64,000 nt of DNA from Vicugna vicugna (lineage: Eukaryota): NCBI GenBank assembly GCA_013265495.1, contig MU058337.1:4816716-4880715 (forward strand), written 5' to 3'. Below, piece after piece: positions 38,891 to 50,249 of this stretch (its first letter is position 1; each line of letters opens with the position of its first letter). The notes under the pieces are model-generated. The model was not told the origin of the DNA. It made no database searches and worked only from the letters and a program-made list of their open reading frames with translations. The position numbers and the translations under genes are program-made.

Positions 38891-41406
38891 GATTCTGTTT
38901 TAATATTTGTATTCTTCCTCTGAAAGGAATGATACGACATTTGGAAACAGTGATTCATCACACCATTATCATTCATCATCTCTCAATTTATATATGAAAT
39001 CAATAGTTGTTTACTTGACATCACTTTGAAAGAACAAGCAGAGAATGTTAATAAGGGGGATGGGGCACCCAGAAGAGGCAGATTTCATGCAGGAGCCGGA
39101 GCCAGAGCCCTGGATGGAGAGGCTGGAAATAGGAAGGGAGGTCGTACTGCACGTAGCTTCTTTTCATCCTCACAAACCCCAGCTGGAGAATGGTTCCTCT
39201 TGCTTCTCCTACCATCTTTACTTGGTCAAGTTAAAAAAACCCAGCCTATTATGTTACCATATGACTTTATTTTTAATTTATTTAACTTGTTTAATTTCAT
39301 TTGCTCTCAAGACAATTTTATTTCACCAAAAAATCAACCCACTGTGAAACACCCTGAGGTCATGTCCTGCCTGTCTTATTGACTGCTTCATGTTTGTCTC
39401 ACAGTATCCTGCCGCCAACTACAACTACTCCAGGTCACTAACTTTTGCAGGAGGATGTGTATGAACCCTCCATGTGCAGACAAAATGATCAAGAGAAAAG
39501 TCCCCCAGAGGCCTCGAAATAAGAAGGCCCTGTGAATACTCCTAAATTATTATGAGAGTAACTACTTGTCACATTAGCATCAAAGACCTCAATTTTTCTT
39601 TCCAAAGCCAAGTTCAAGAAGTGAGAAATGTGATGATTATAGCCAAATTTTAGTTCTTATAATATACATGGCACTGTGTGACTAAGGCCACAGGCTTTTC
39701 TTTATCCTCTGACCCTTGTCTCCTATCTAGTTCCACAGGACATTGTCAGGTCACCAGACAGGCAAACAGATGAATTAAGTTACATGATGGAGTTAGAGAG
39801 TATTTAAGGCTGGATGTGATACCTCTCCTAGTGGCAGCATAAGGCATCATGCCTATTTTACCCCTGTTCCTGGTTTGGTTTTTAAGCTAAACCTAGAAAA
39901 AAATCTCAGTAAACAATATTTATTCTTGGTAGCAAGAAAAAATAAATACATTGCCACAAATTCATTCATGAATAAAATGGTGAGTGACAGCTCAAAATAG
40001 ATGATTTGCTTCATCCGTTTTTTAGTGAGACAGTTCTCCATTTAACTCAGGTGCAGGAAAATTATTTCCTTGGAGATGAGTAAGCTGGAGATGGGTATTT
40101 ATAGAATCAGGGTGCTCAGGCACATCACCACAGAGGATGCTCGTAATCTGGGAAACCAAAGACTTTATTACCCTTCCATGGTCTTTCCAGAAACACTGTT
40201 TTATGGATCGCCACTATCTGGATGGCAAAACATCTTTCAAAAAGCATCCTGAAGTCATCTTGCTGATGTTTGTTTGGGCTACTCTTTAAGCTCTGTGGCT
40301 CAGCTAATTATTCCTGCAGCAAAAGGAAACTACACCTAAGTCTTGTCTTCCTCCTGGGTATCGAGAAGCTAAGAAGAGGGAAGGAGTGTGAATCACAGGT
40401 GAAGGCGTTTTAATGTGTTAAATGAATTTTGTTGGAAACTCTTTGAGACAAAGATCAAGGTGTGTCACCATAGAACTTCTCTCCATATAGCATTTAGGAG
40501 AATATAGTGAATGATTAAGCAATTAATAAATTGTTTTTATAATAATGCCATTCTAAATAATTCCCAAATGAATGCCCTATAAGGACAAGTTTTCAAGTTT
40601 TTCAACCGTGTTCCCATGGAGATGGGACTCTCAGCTTCTTGTAAAGAGCACATCACTAAAGTAACGCACTAAAATGAATAATGGCATTATTAAAAATAGA
40701 AAGCCTGGTGTAAGTATATTCACTTCTTAAATTTAGCATATTCTGATTTATTTATGCAATGTTAAGAGAGCAAAAGCCCACTGGGATTTTCTGAAGTGTC
40801 CTTCTCTCCACATTCTCTATCCTACATCTCTGCCCACCGATGAATGAAACGGAGCAAGTGGTTGTCCCTCAGATACGCCTCTCATTACGTCTTTCTTTTG
40901 GCCATTCCACCCTGTGGCAGACGCGTTACTTATAATACAGTAATCCTGCAAAGAGAGCACTGTTATTATCATCTTTGTTTGGCAGAAGAGAGAGCTGAAA
41001 TTGAGAGAGGTCAACATATGCAAGTATTATGATTAGCAAATGGTAAAGCCAAGTTTGGATTGAGGTCTCCTTGATTTTAAAACATAGTTTTTTCCAGACA
41101 CTGAGTCGTGACTGTCTTCTCAGGGTCTGCAGTGGTGACATAAAAATGTTTAATAAATGCATATTGTATAAATAAATAAATGAATGAAACTCTGTCTTTT
41201 TAAAAGATAAACACATTTTCCTTTCCTTCTTTGTATTTTCACCCAAGAGCAGGAGGTGGATTCTGGGCAGAGCGCTTGCTGATCAGGTCCGGTGGGTATC
41301 TCTGCGGAAAACGCACATCTCTGTACTTTGAACTGTCGACCAAACCAGGCTGACGTTGTCCTCAGGGCTCCCGCTTTTTGTAGAAATGGCCCCTGCCTCC
41401 GTGGCC

Positions 41407-41428
41407 GCTGCCATCTGCTGCCATTTTA
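41407..41428 (-). promoter_or_regulatory. Candidate CTCF site overlapping a YY1-like motif
   Basis: Reverse complement GGCAGCAGATGGCAGC resembles the CTCF core; GCCATTTT is adjacent. Confidence 0.5.
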
Positions 41429-42029
41429 ACTGTTTGTTATAATCGCTTCACATCAATTTTATTTTCCATTTCAAACCTGTTATATAATATAAACCCACTG
41501 TGAGAGAATGTTCTGTTTCTAAACTGAAGTGAGGAGTTATGCTATTTCAACCATGTACTTAGTGAAAAGAGATGGTTCATTTTAAGTGTGAAAGTAACTA
41601 AATAGGGCCCTGAGGTAGCAGCCATCCCATCTTCTTTTCCTCTACTGTGTAATTTTTAGAACAACTTGACTCTTTCCTCCATTTTAGTCTTGGGGATATT
41701 TTTTTCATTATTCAAAATTCAAGGACTTTTGGATTATGAAGTTTCATGGTCAATTTGTCAGTTTCTATAAAAAACTGAAAAAGGTCAGTGTTCTTTGTAT
41801 GACCTCTGTCTGGTTTTGGGAAACTTGATTAACATGCGTTCTCTTACTATAAGCATATGTATTGGGGAAGAAGAGAAAAAGGCAAAAGAGGATACTTATT
41901 TCTTTAGATTATTCCCCTCAGGAATCTGGTAATCGGTCTCTAGTACACCTCATTATAAACCACCTGAATCTTTTATTAAAGTTATTAATGTATTAGAATG
42001 TTAAAACAAGATGTAACTAGTTTTTCAGG

Positions 42030-42590
42030 CTTGTACACTGATGGTCAATGTGTAAATTGGTGGAGATTTTTTGAAGGGCAATTTTGAAACTTCTATAAAA
42101 ATACCTTAAAAAATATCTATTTTGACCCAAGTTTTCTATTTCTAAAATTATATGCTAAAGAAATAATTTAGAACATGCATACAGACATAACTACAAATAT
42201 GTTTATTTCAAGGACCAGTGAAACCACAAGCCTGTGAACACCAAATTCATAAAAGAATACATTTCAACTAAATGACAATAGGAAATTTGTTAGAAAAGTT
42301 ACCAATAGAATAAAATACTATTTAGCCAACAAAAATGATGTTGTAAATATTTATTATCTATCTATCTATCAAATCTGTTTACATGGAAAGATGCTTACAA
42401 TATATCATTATTTTTAAAGGTGGGTACAAAATATGTTCAGTGTGATTGTATCCAAACACACAAATATATATGGTAAAGGTATCAAAGAATATACAAGGTG
42501 TTAAAATGTAATATATATTGAACTATGGCTTTTTTCTCATTAATCTGTTCTTTATATTTTTATTTTAAGAACAGATATGGCTTTTATATT
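42030..42590 (+). mobile_element. L1ME-like 3' fragment
   Basis: tacactgatggtcaatgtgtaaattgg...gggcaatttt...tttgaccca...aaatactatttagccaacaaaaatgatg. Confidence 0.7.
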
Positions 42591-45063
42591 AAGAAGGAAC
42601 TTCTTTTTTGTAATTTGCTCCTCACAGTTGACAAATATTCAAATTGGCCCAAATTTTCAATGAGATTTTTGCTAATTCAGGGTGGATATATTTGATTCTA
42701 ATTGATGATATAATATAGATATGGAATTTGGAAAATTAAATACTAGAGCAGAGATAATGGGGAAATGACTCAATCTTCTCCACACAATTTGGTTGTAATT
42801 ACTTATCAGTTTCACTGGTCTTAGGTGTCCCTACTGCGAAATTGTTTGATTTTTAAGAGACTATCTTCTCACAGTCTGCAAAACACTAACATTTACGTCC
42901 ACTTTGATAAGTTTCTTTGTTCAGCAGAGCAATCAAATCATCACACGGAGAGGACTGAGAAGTATATTAATCATCTTGCTGTTTATTGTCCTAGCGCGCA
43001 GTCTGCATTCCTCGTGTGTGACCTAAAGGCGGTGGCACATGTCGTGCTCGAGCATCAGCACTTGCTGTATTTCCCAGTGTAAGATGGCAGGCCGTTCTAG
43101 TGCCTGCCTGTAAGACACACAGTTTGAAATGGCAAGACTTAGCTAACCCCAAGGTACAAAAACACCTCAAGAAGTGCAGAATAGTGCCATTCAGTACCGA
43201 GCTCTGTTCTTCAAGTGGACATTCAGCAGAAATAATAACTGTGGCGGGATTTGGAGAGGCTCTCCTGCACACTGGGAAACAATAAGGAATTTAGTAACTG
43301 TGGGCAATGAAGGATGGATCAGTATGTTTTCAAGGCAGATGGATCTGAAGACTATCCCACAGCTTCCAGGTATGAAAGATTTGTGCCAGGGTCCCCGGCA
43401 GCTGGTGCCTACACCGCACATAGAAACCAATTAGACGGCAAGTGGTAATTTGATTTGCTTTTAATTTTTCTCTTGGTAGTCCTTAAAGTGTTGTCTAATA
43501 ATGTGGAATTGGAGGATGTCTAAACTTCTAGAAAATTGCTTTTCTTTATTCTGTGGTGATTTCTCTGTAAGTTACGTGTACAGGTGCTGTGAGGTAGGCT
43601 AACTCAACTGTGACCTGCAGTCTAGATGCTGCCCTACCTTGATTCTTTGTGGGGTCTGAAGCTCATTATTTTCTACCCCAATTTCTTGATTTCTTTCTTC
43701 TTCTGCTCCCATTTATTCTAACAGATAATGAAATGTCTTGGAAGTACAGTAGGACCTCATTATAGTCTCTTCATTATTATATGAACTCAAATGCATCATG
43801 AGAGGATCGTGTCCTCGGAACTTAACGATTTAGAGGGCAGATCAATAACGACCTGTCATTATTATGAGAAGCATCACAAAATCACAGGCCGTTTCACGGG
43901 TCTCCCCTCTTCAGCGTGCACTCTCACGGAGATGAGCTCTTTGGCCTTTTCGCTCCAGCACAATTTGATTGATAGAAAGAGTTTGATTAATGCTGTTTGG
44001 AAGACAAAGAAATAGAGTCACTGAATGTCAGGACCTGCTGGATGTATCAGAGCAGTGATGAGTTCACGTCTCCCCGTCCAATCTCGACAAGTGTTGTGTT
44101 GTTCACTCATTGTTAGTTCAGAAACACGCTCATAGTTTTACAGCTTGCCCACTTTTACTTTTATCCTGTGTCTCACATCAGTAGTAGATTATCAAAGCAC
44201 ACGTGGCACCCTGATTATTGGACATGTTTGCCTCACGATGAAACCTGTTACTAATGCTTCAGATTTAGTTGAACACACACTGTCCACTGTGTGATGCACC
44301 CAGTTTAGACGGTCTAGTGATTTGGACAGAGTAACACCTGAGATCATCATTATTCATGAGAACCGTACATCCTTTTCTTTCTTTTTGTTTTCTCTAAAAC
44401 ATATTCAAATGATTGAGCTTCCCAAAATAACTACACTGGGAATTGCAGTTAAAATCTTTTGGTTTATGTGTCCCTTTTATGGTTCAACTTCAAGGAAATT
44501 GATTTCTTTTTCACTTGGTGTTTGTCCGCCTCTCGGAAGTAAGATTTTATGACTCACATTTCAGACTGTGGTGTATTCTAAGGCCTCTGATTGGTTATTT
44601 GGGCTTATTTCAGATATTAAGTCCTGTGTATTAAAAAGCTCAGTCTGGCTACTTTAGCTAGTTGTTTAGGTAGAATAAAGGGGAACCACCTTTCATAAAA
44701 GATGGGACTGTCTCTGAATTTCTGTGGTAACTTGTGGTGGTTGTAAAATCTGTTTTCTTTCAGAGTCTCACTTACATAATTATAATGGATTGGAAATAGG
44801 TGGCCTCACATGGTGAAGTTTCAAAACTTCACTGTAAATCTGAAATCACTCCAAAATAAGAAATTATTATTCCAAAACAAGAATCTACCACATAATTAAC
44901 TGACTAGACTGCCCTGAGCTTCTCCAGGACCTACTATTAATATAATTGATGCAACAATGAAGTATGATCCCCTTCTGTTAACCTTCCTCAGCTGTCTTTA
45001 CGTCCTATCTCTTTATAATTGCATATAACATACATTATTTCCCCAGCACAATTTTTAATAGCC

Positions 45064-45160
45064 TTTTTATTTTGGAAGATGTTCAGGTTTACAGAAAAGC
45101 TGCAAAGAAAGTACAGAGAGGTCCTGTCCATGCCTTCCTCAGCTCCCCACATTGTCCCCA
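45064..45160 (-). mobile_element. L1MB-like 3' end fragment
   Basis: ttttattttggaagatgttcaggtttacagaaaagctgcaaagaaagtacagagag. Confidence 0.65.
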
Positions 45161-46548
45161 GTAAGAGTTTAAACTTCTTGTTGACAAAGAGCATGTCCCA
45201 TTTGTCTCCAGAGCCCTTCACAGCGCTAAGAACTTACCTTGTACCTAGTATTTACCCACTGGGTTCTAATAAATCAAGGGTAGATGGACAGTTGGAGAAG
45301 CACATTTTGGCTGATTTATATTTTATAGATAACTAAGAGTAGTTGTAGTAATTACTAAAAATATGATACAAACACCCAATATCCTTGCAGTTTGGGGAAC
45401 AAGCTGTCTTTTATTTTAAAATTTCTGTCCTTTCTAGAGGATTATAATGGTGGCTTTCATTGTACAAAGGTTTTACCTGAAACTTTGAGAGAGGTAAGAG
45501 TTGATCCAGTTCTCCAAACTGATTACAAGTTACAACAGGAATAATATTTTAGAAAAGATTAACATTTATTTCAAAATGTAATTGTATCTGAATAATGTAT
45601 TCTACAGGCTAGTTTTACAAGATTAATTCACGTCACCAGACTGTTTCAATTTGATTAGTGATAAGAAGCCAACTTCAAAAAGGTGTGTTACCTATTGTAC
45701 TTGTTCAGCTGGCTTTGGGATTCTTAGTTACTGGTCATCTTTGTAAATGTTGTCCTTAACCAAGTCAGCTAGATCGGGCACGTCCTGAAGCACCCTGCCC
45801 TTCAAAAACTAATCAGAAAAACACACATAGCACATTGGAAAGATCTGCAGACTGATATTGTTTCTGTGTGTAAAGAAAAAGATGAAAAGCAATAAAATCT
45901 TGAAGCTGAGGCCACATTAAGATGTTTTTTCTGGTGGTGGCATTGAGCAGAGAAAGCTCTGTGCAAGCTTAAAAGCTACTATTTGCATAGAGAATGCTGT
46001 GATTCAAGAGCAAGATCAACATTTCTCGGGTTTATTTGCATTTGACTGTGTATCCATGTGGGGATTTTTATAACAGCATCACTAAATGGACGGAAGAACT
46101 AGAGAGAAGCCCTCTGTGGAAATTAGATAGTAAAGCAAAACCTGCACAATTTGTTAAATTTTGGATTGTTTCCTTCAAATAAATCCCAGGAATACATGAA
46201 ATCAAACGGCCAAAATGCCAAAACACCATTCATTGCCTGACATTGGCAAGCTCTTCTTTGGAAAGGAGTTAATGCCACTCTATGAATGCTTGTTTCTCAA
46301 AGGCAGATCAGCCAAGATCATTACGGAGGGTGTGATGACCTCAGGTCTGGGAGCTGGTCAGACTCAGCAGGGTTGGGAGGGGCCGTGGCTCTAGAGATAT
46401 ACCTTGTCATGCAGGTGTTCAGGCAGAGGTTAAAGAATACTTTGGCCTAAGGGTCACTGGCCCCAGAAGGGGGCTCCAGGTCAAACTCCTGCTTATGCCA
46501 GCACCTAGCTCACTTCTGATCTGATGGGACATCCGCTTTCTGACCCTG

Positions 46549-46586
46549 TGCTGAGTCACATAAACACAGCGTTCTGAAGTGACTCA
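46549..46586. promoter_or_regulatory. Consensus ARE/MARE plus forkhead and AP-1 motifs
   Basis: TGCTGAGTCAC 46549-46559, TAAACA 46561-46566, TGACTCA 46580-46586. Confidence 0.45.
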
Positions 46587-48199
46587 TCTCTTTTCTCTCC
46601 CCAAGCATAGCCAGGCTGATAGGAAATGTCTGGAATAATCTAGTCCCTTTTCAAGTATAAGCCTATTAGAAATTCCCTTCCTCTCTGCTGAAGGCGCTGG
46701 AGGCTTTATCTTCCCACTTGACGAGCAAATACTGTTTGAATAACGCCAGTCAGTGCAGAAGCAAGGGCTGCAAATCCCCCGATGAATTCTGAGGCTCAAC
46801 AGCCCTCGCTTCAACTTGGCAGCTTTTTCATCGCAGGGATAACACACAGTAAACTCTCTAGGGAGAGGAATGAGAGAGCAGAGGGACACCTGGGACAAGA
46901 GCAAAAGCACCAGACAGTGAGTTAAAAGGCTGAGCTCTGTTCTCCGCTTGATCACTAACAGGGTTTTGACTTCAGTTTCCTTGTTGAGTTTAAGGTCTAT
47001 TTTGGCTCTACACATGGGCATTAGAAACATTTAACAAATCCATTAGTCCCTACCAAAGGCGCCACTTTTGAAACCGGAAGAGAGCTGGCAAAGGAAAGGC
47101 ATGAATTGCTCCGTCAAGCGTTTCCTGTGTGAATTGCTCCCAGGCCCACACTAACAGAAGAGAACTCTTTGCAACCAAAGACAGACACCTGGTTACGTCA
47201 TCCATGATGTAACTGATTAAGCTTATGTGATGGCCCACGGTCTCAAAACGTGAGTGTTCCCAGCTAAGCTTCCTACTTCCGAAGATACAGGCACGTGGTT
47301 CCTGAGCCAGCTCGGCTCTCTATCCCCTGCCCTCATTAAGCATGCTAGTTCACACATCGAATTTATTTTAGCCACTCAAAGGGAGTCGGATTGTTCCCCC
47401 TACGCTCTTGTTTTCCTGGAGCATCCTTCCCTTTCTTCTTTCTTCCTTGGCAAACCTGTTCATTGGGTTTTCAACTGAAATCTTATTAACTTGGATGTTA
47501 TTTCCTTAGGAATCGTTCCCTGACCTACCCTAGACTGAATTACGTTTCTCTTATGAGTGGTTCTATAAGCCCTCGTGATGTCCCTAGCATAGGACTCAGG
47601 TCCCCGTGACGTCATAGTAGATCTGTACTCTTAGGAATGTGGGGTACACCCGTGTGCTTAGAATGGGTAGCAGATTGCGGGCTCGTTGCTCCCTTATCTC
47701 CAGGGCACCTGGCAGAGCTTGCAGTAGCAGAAAGGCTCATCTGCTGCTACATGCAGCCTCATCACTTTACTCCATTTGTCATGTTTCCTCTGTGTCCAGA
47801 TGTGAAAACATTTGGAAATCACCACAGTAATAGATGGTAAGCTCCCTGAGGGTTGGGTCCATGTCAGTTTATCACTGTCCCCCAGACACAAGTGCAGTGC
47901 CTGACAGACACATAACAGGAACCTGATAAATACTAAATGAAAAAAAAAAGATCATTCTGGAGAGATTGCGTCTTTTCTGGCACACAGCCATCACAAGTCT
48001 ATCATAAGCTGTGAGTAGGAAAACAGAAAGTTGAAGAGACGATAGCTAAATAATAATAAAAATGTAACTACCAGTAGATACTCTGGGAATACTTTTCCTG
48101 ACTTTAATTCATGAATAAAGATGAATTCATAGTTTCAATCTACTTGTCTGTGAACAATGGAAATGAACAGCTGTTGTCCGGAGACAGCCGTTCGGGTGA

Positions 48200-48430
48200 C
48201 GCTTTGAAGCCTGACTATGTGAAAAAAAAAAAACTTCTGTCTCTTATGTTACTGGCTCTGTGACACTGAGTGTGTTGTTGAAACATCCTTCCCTCCGTTT
48301 TTACAGATGAGGACAATAGTAGCACCTACCTCATAATGTTGTGTGAGCATTAAATGAGTCAGTGTATGAGAGGTGTTTGAAATAGCACCTGACACTCATC
48401 ACATGCCAGGGTGACTATTGTTGTGGTTGT
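48200..48430 (+). mobile_element. MIR SINE
   Basis: ttactggctctgtgac...gacaatagtagcacctacctcataatgttgtgtgagcattaaatgag. Confidence 0.8.
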
Positions 48431-49289
48431 AATGGGAAGGCTGCCTTTAATGCACCTGGGCTCCAGGCATTTTCTTTGGGAACTTAGATTTATAACACTG
48501 CCCCAAGAGTCATCTTTGCAGGCACGTCTTAATGACACACCCCTTCGTCATACACCAAGTTACAAAAGAAAAAGAATCTATTTGCAGTAATAAATTCCTG
48601 AATCATTTAAATTTCTAATTTCAAAAAAAAATCATCTTAACCTTAACAGGAAAAAAAAAATGCTTTGACTGCCTTCTGTAATTCACTACTCTTTCACTGC
48701 CAAGGGCGGATACAAAAGGTGAAAAAAGGAGGGAAAGGCACACACAGGAAAAGAAAAAGGACTCACTGTGTCCTCAGCTGGTCCAAAGACTGGGAGATCA
48801 CGGTTCGCCATAAACAGTGACAGCTCAGTGCTGTTTTGCTAGTAACAGTTTCAACAGCTTGGAGCCCTTCCCTGGGGGCTCAGAGAGAGGAGGGAGGACG
48901 GTCTTCCGTTACCCCCAGGACTGTTCTTTACAGTGAAGTGTCTAACATTAACATCTCCGTCGTCTGGCATATGGCTTCCAAATGTCTCTCTGAGCCTCAT
49001 GCTCACTGGTTTTTCTGTCATCGGGTTTCCTTGATGAGCAACCATCACAGACCAATTTCTTTCCTGGATTTTATCTTTCCTCTGAGACCAGGTATTATGC
49101 TAACGATGGTTTTCCTCATTCCTAATTATAAGAGAACATATGGAAAATTTTCAGTGTGTGCTTTTCCCAGAATTTCTCTTCGGTGTTCTTAAATGATCAA
49201 AATAATGTTTTGGCGATCATTCACTTTAAATGCTTTCAACCTAGTCTTTCATTGTCCCGACTCTACAATACACGTAAATAAGCAGCATT

Positions 49290-49560
49290 CAATGCTATAC
49301 ATTTTTCTTCTTCGTTTCCATGATGTCTCTTTTTGTTGATTTTTCTGTTTCCTGACGCCCTTCTTCATCCCAACCCCACATGATGGCGCTCTCCCTAAAG
49401 TTCAGCCTCAAATGTCTGTTCTCGTCTCTCCACCCTCTATGGATGCCTTGGCTTCTGCTCTGCTCTGTAAGCAGATGCCCCGCAACCTTCATCTCCAGCC
49501 CTCCTCCTCACTTATAGTTTCATTGGTTCCAAGACATTCCCACTGGAATGTTCTAGTGCA
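49290..49560 (+). mobile_element. L2 fragment
   Basis: catctccagccctctcctca...caagacattcccactggaatgttct. Confidence 0.6.
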
Positions 49561-49974
49561 GTGTGCTCATAAGTGAGCACAGTGGAGTCCTGTGCTCCTC
49601 TGAGACTAGAGGTGCGCCTTGCGGGTGAGCTAAAAAGCAGTACAAGCGTTTCTATTCAGAGACACAGGCTCTTATAGGGAGACTTCGGTGAACCCCGGGG
49701 GAAAAGTGGAGTCAGGGGAAAAGGGAGAAAGCCTAGAGCAGAGGATCAAAAAAGACTCAGAATATTTACTTAGAGAAATACGTACTTGCTATTCAGCCAT
49801 TTTTCTTTCTTTTGTAGTCACAAAAATAACTCTTTTGAAGGACGTGTGGAAATTATAGCAAACTATGCATTCACCTGCAACATCAACACCTAGAGTTAGT
49901 GGTGGTTAATATTTTGGTGGATAACTTTCCACACCCTTCCTCTTACCTTTACAAATACTCATGAATCATAATAT

Positions 49975-50249
49975 AATCACCTTGAGATTTGCAAATGTTA
50001 GCCACTATATATAAAAATAGATCTAAAAAACTCAAAATTTCTTCTGTATAGCACAGGGAACTATATTCAATATCTTGTAATAACCTTTGATGAAAATGAA
50101 TATGTGTATGTATATGCATGACTGGGACATTGGGCTGTACACCAGAGACTGACACAGTGCAACTGACTTCAATAATAATATACTTCAATAAAAATAAACT
50201 TCAGTGAAAAAAATAAAGGACAGTCCTATGACAGCAAAAAAAAAATCAC
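49975..50249 (+). mobile_element. 5'-truncated camelid-type L1 3' end with extra tail and short TSD, nested in an older L1ME-like element
   Basis: cttctgtatagcacagggaactatattcaatatcttgtaataacc...tgtacaccagagactgacac...tatacttcaataaaaa; aatcac at 49975-49980 and 50244-50249. Confidence 0.85.

Noticed and set aside
47800..47836. Plus-strand 37-nt exon candidate (tgtgtccag|...atg|gtaagc)
   Set aside because: The donor derives from an adjacent L2 3'-end motif (tagactgtaagctcc-like), and I found no partner exons
16450..48811. A phase-compatible pseudogene chain MANRDLPVFGPAEDT-NPVGKY*VQ-GNHVPSL...-RLE*RLSEN*...-EEIVVTSDD...
   Set aside because: It needs about six stops in about 150 codons, close to random expectation; phase compatibility is trivial once stops are allowed, so it is not evidence of a CDS
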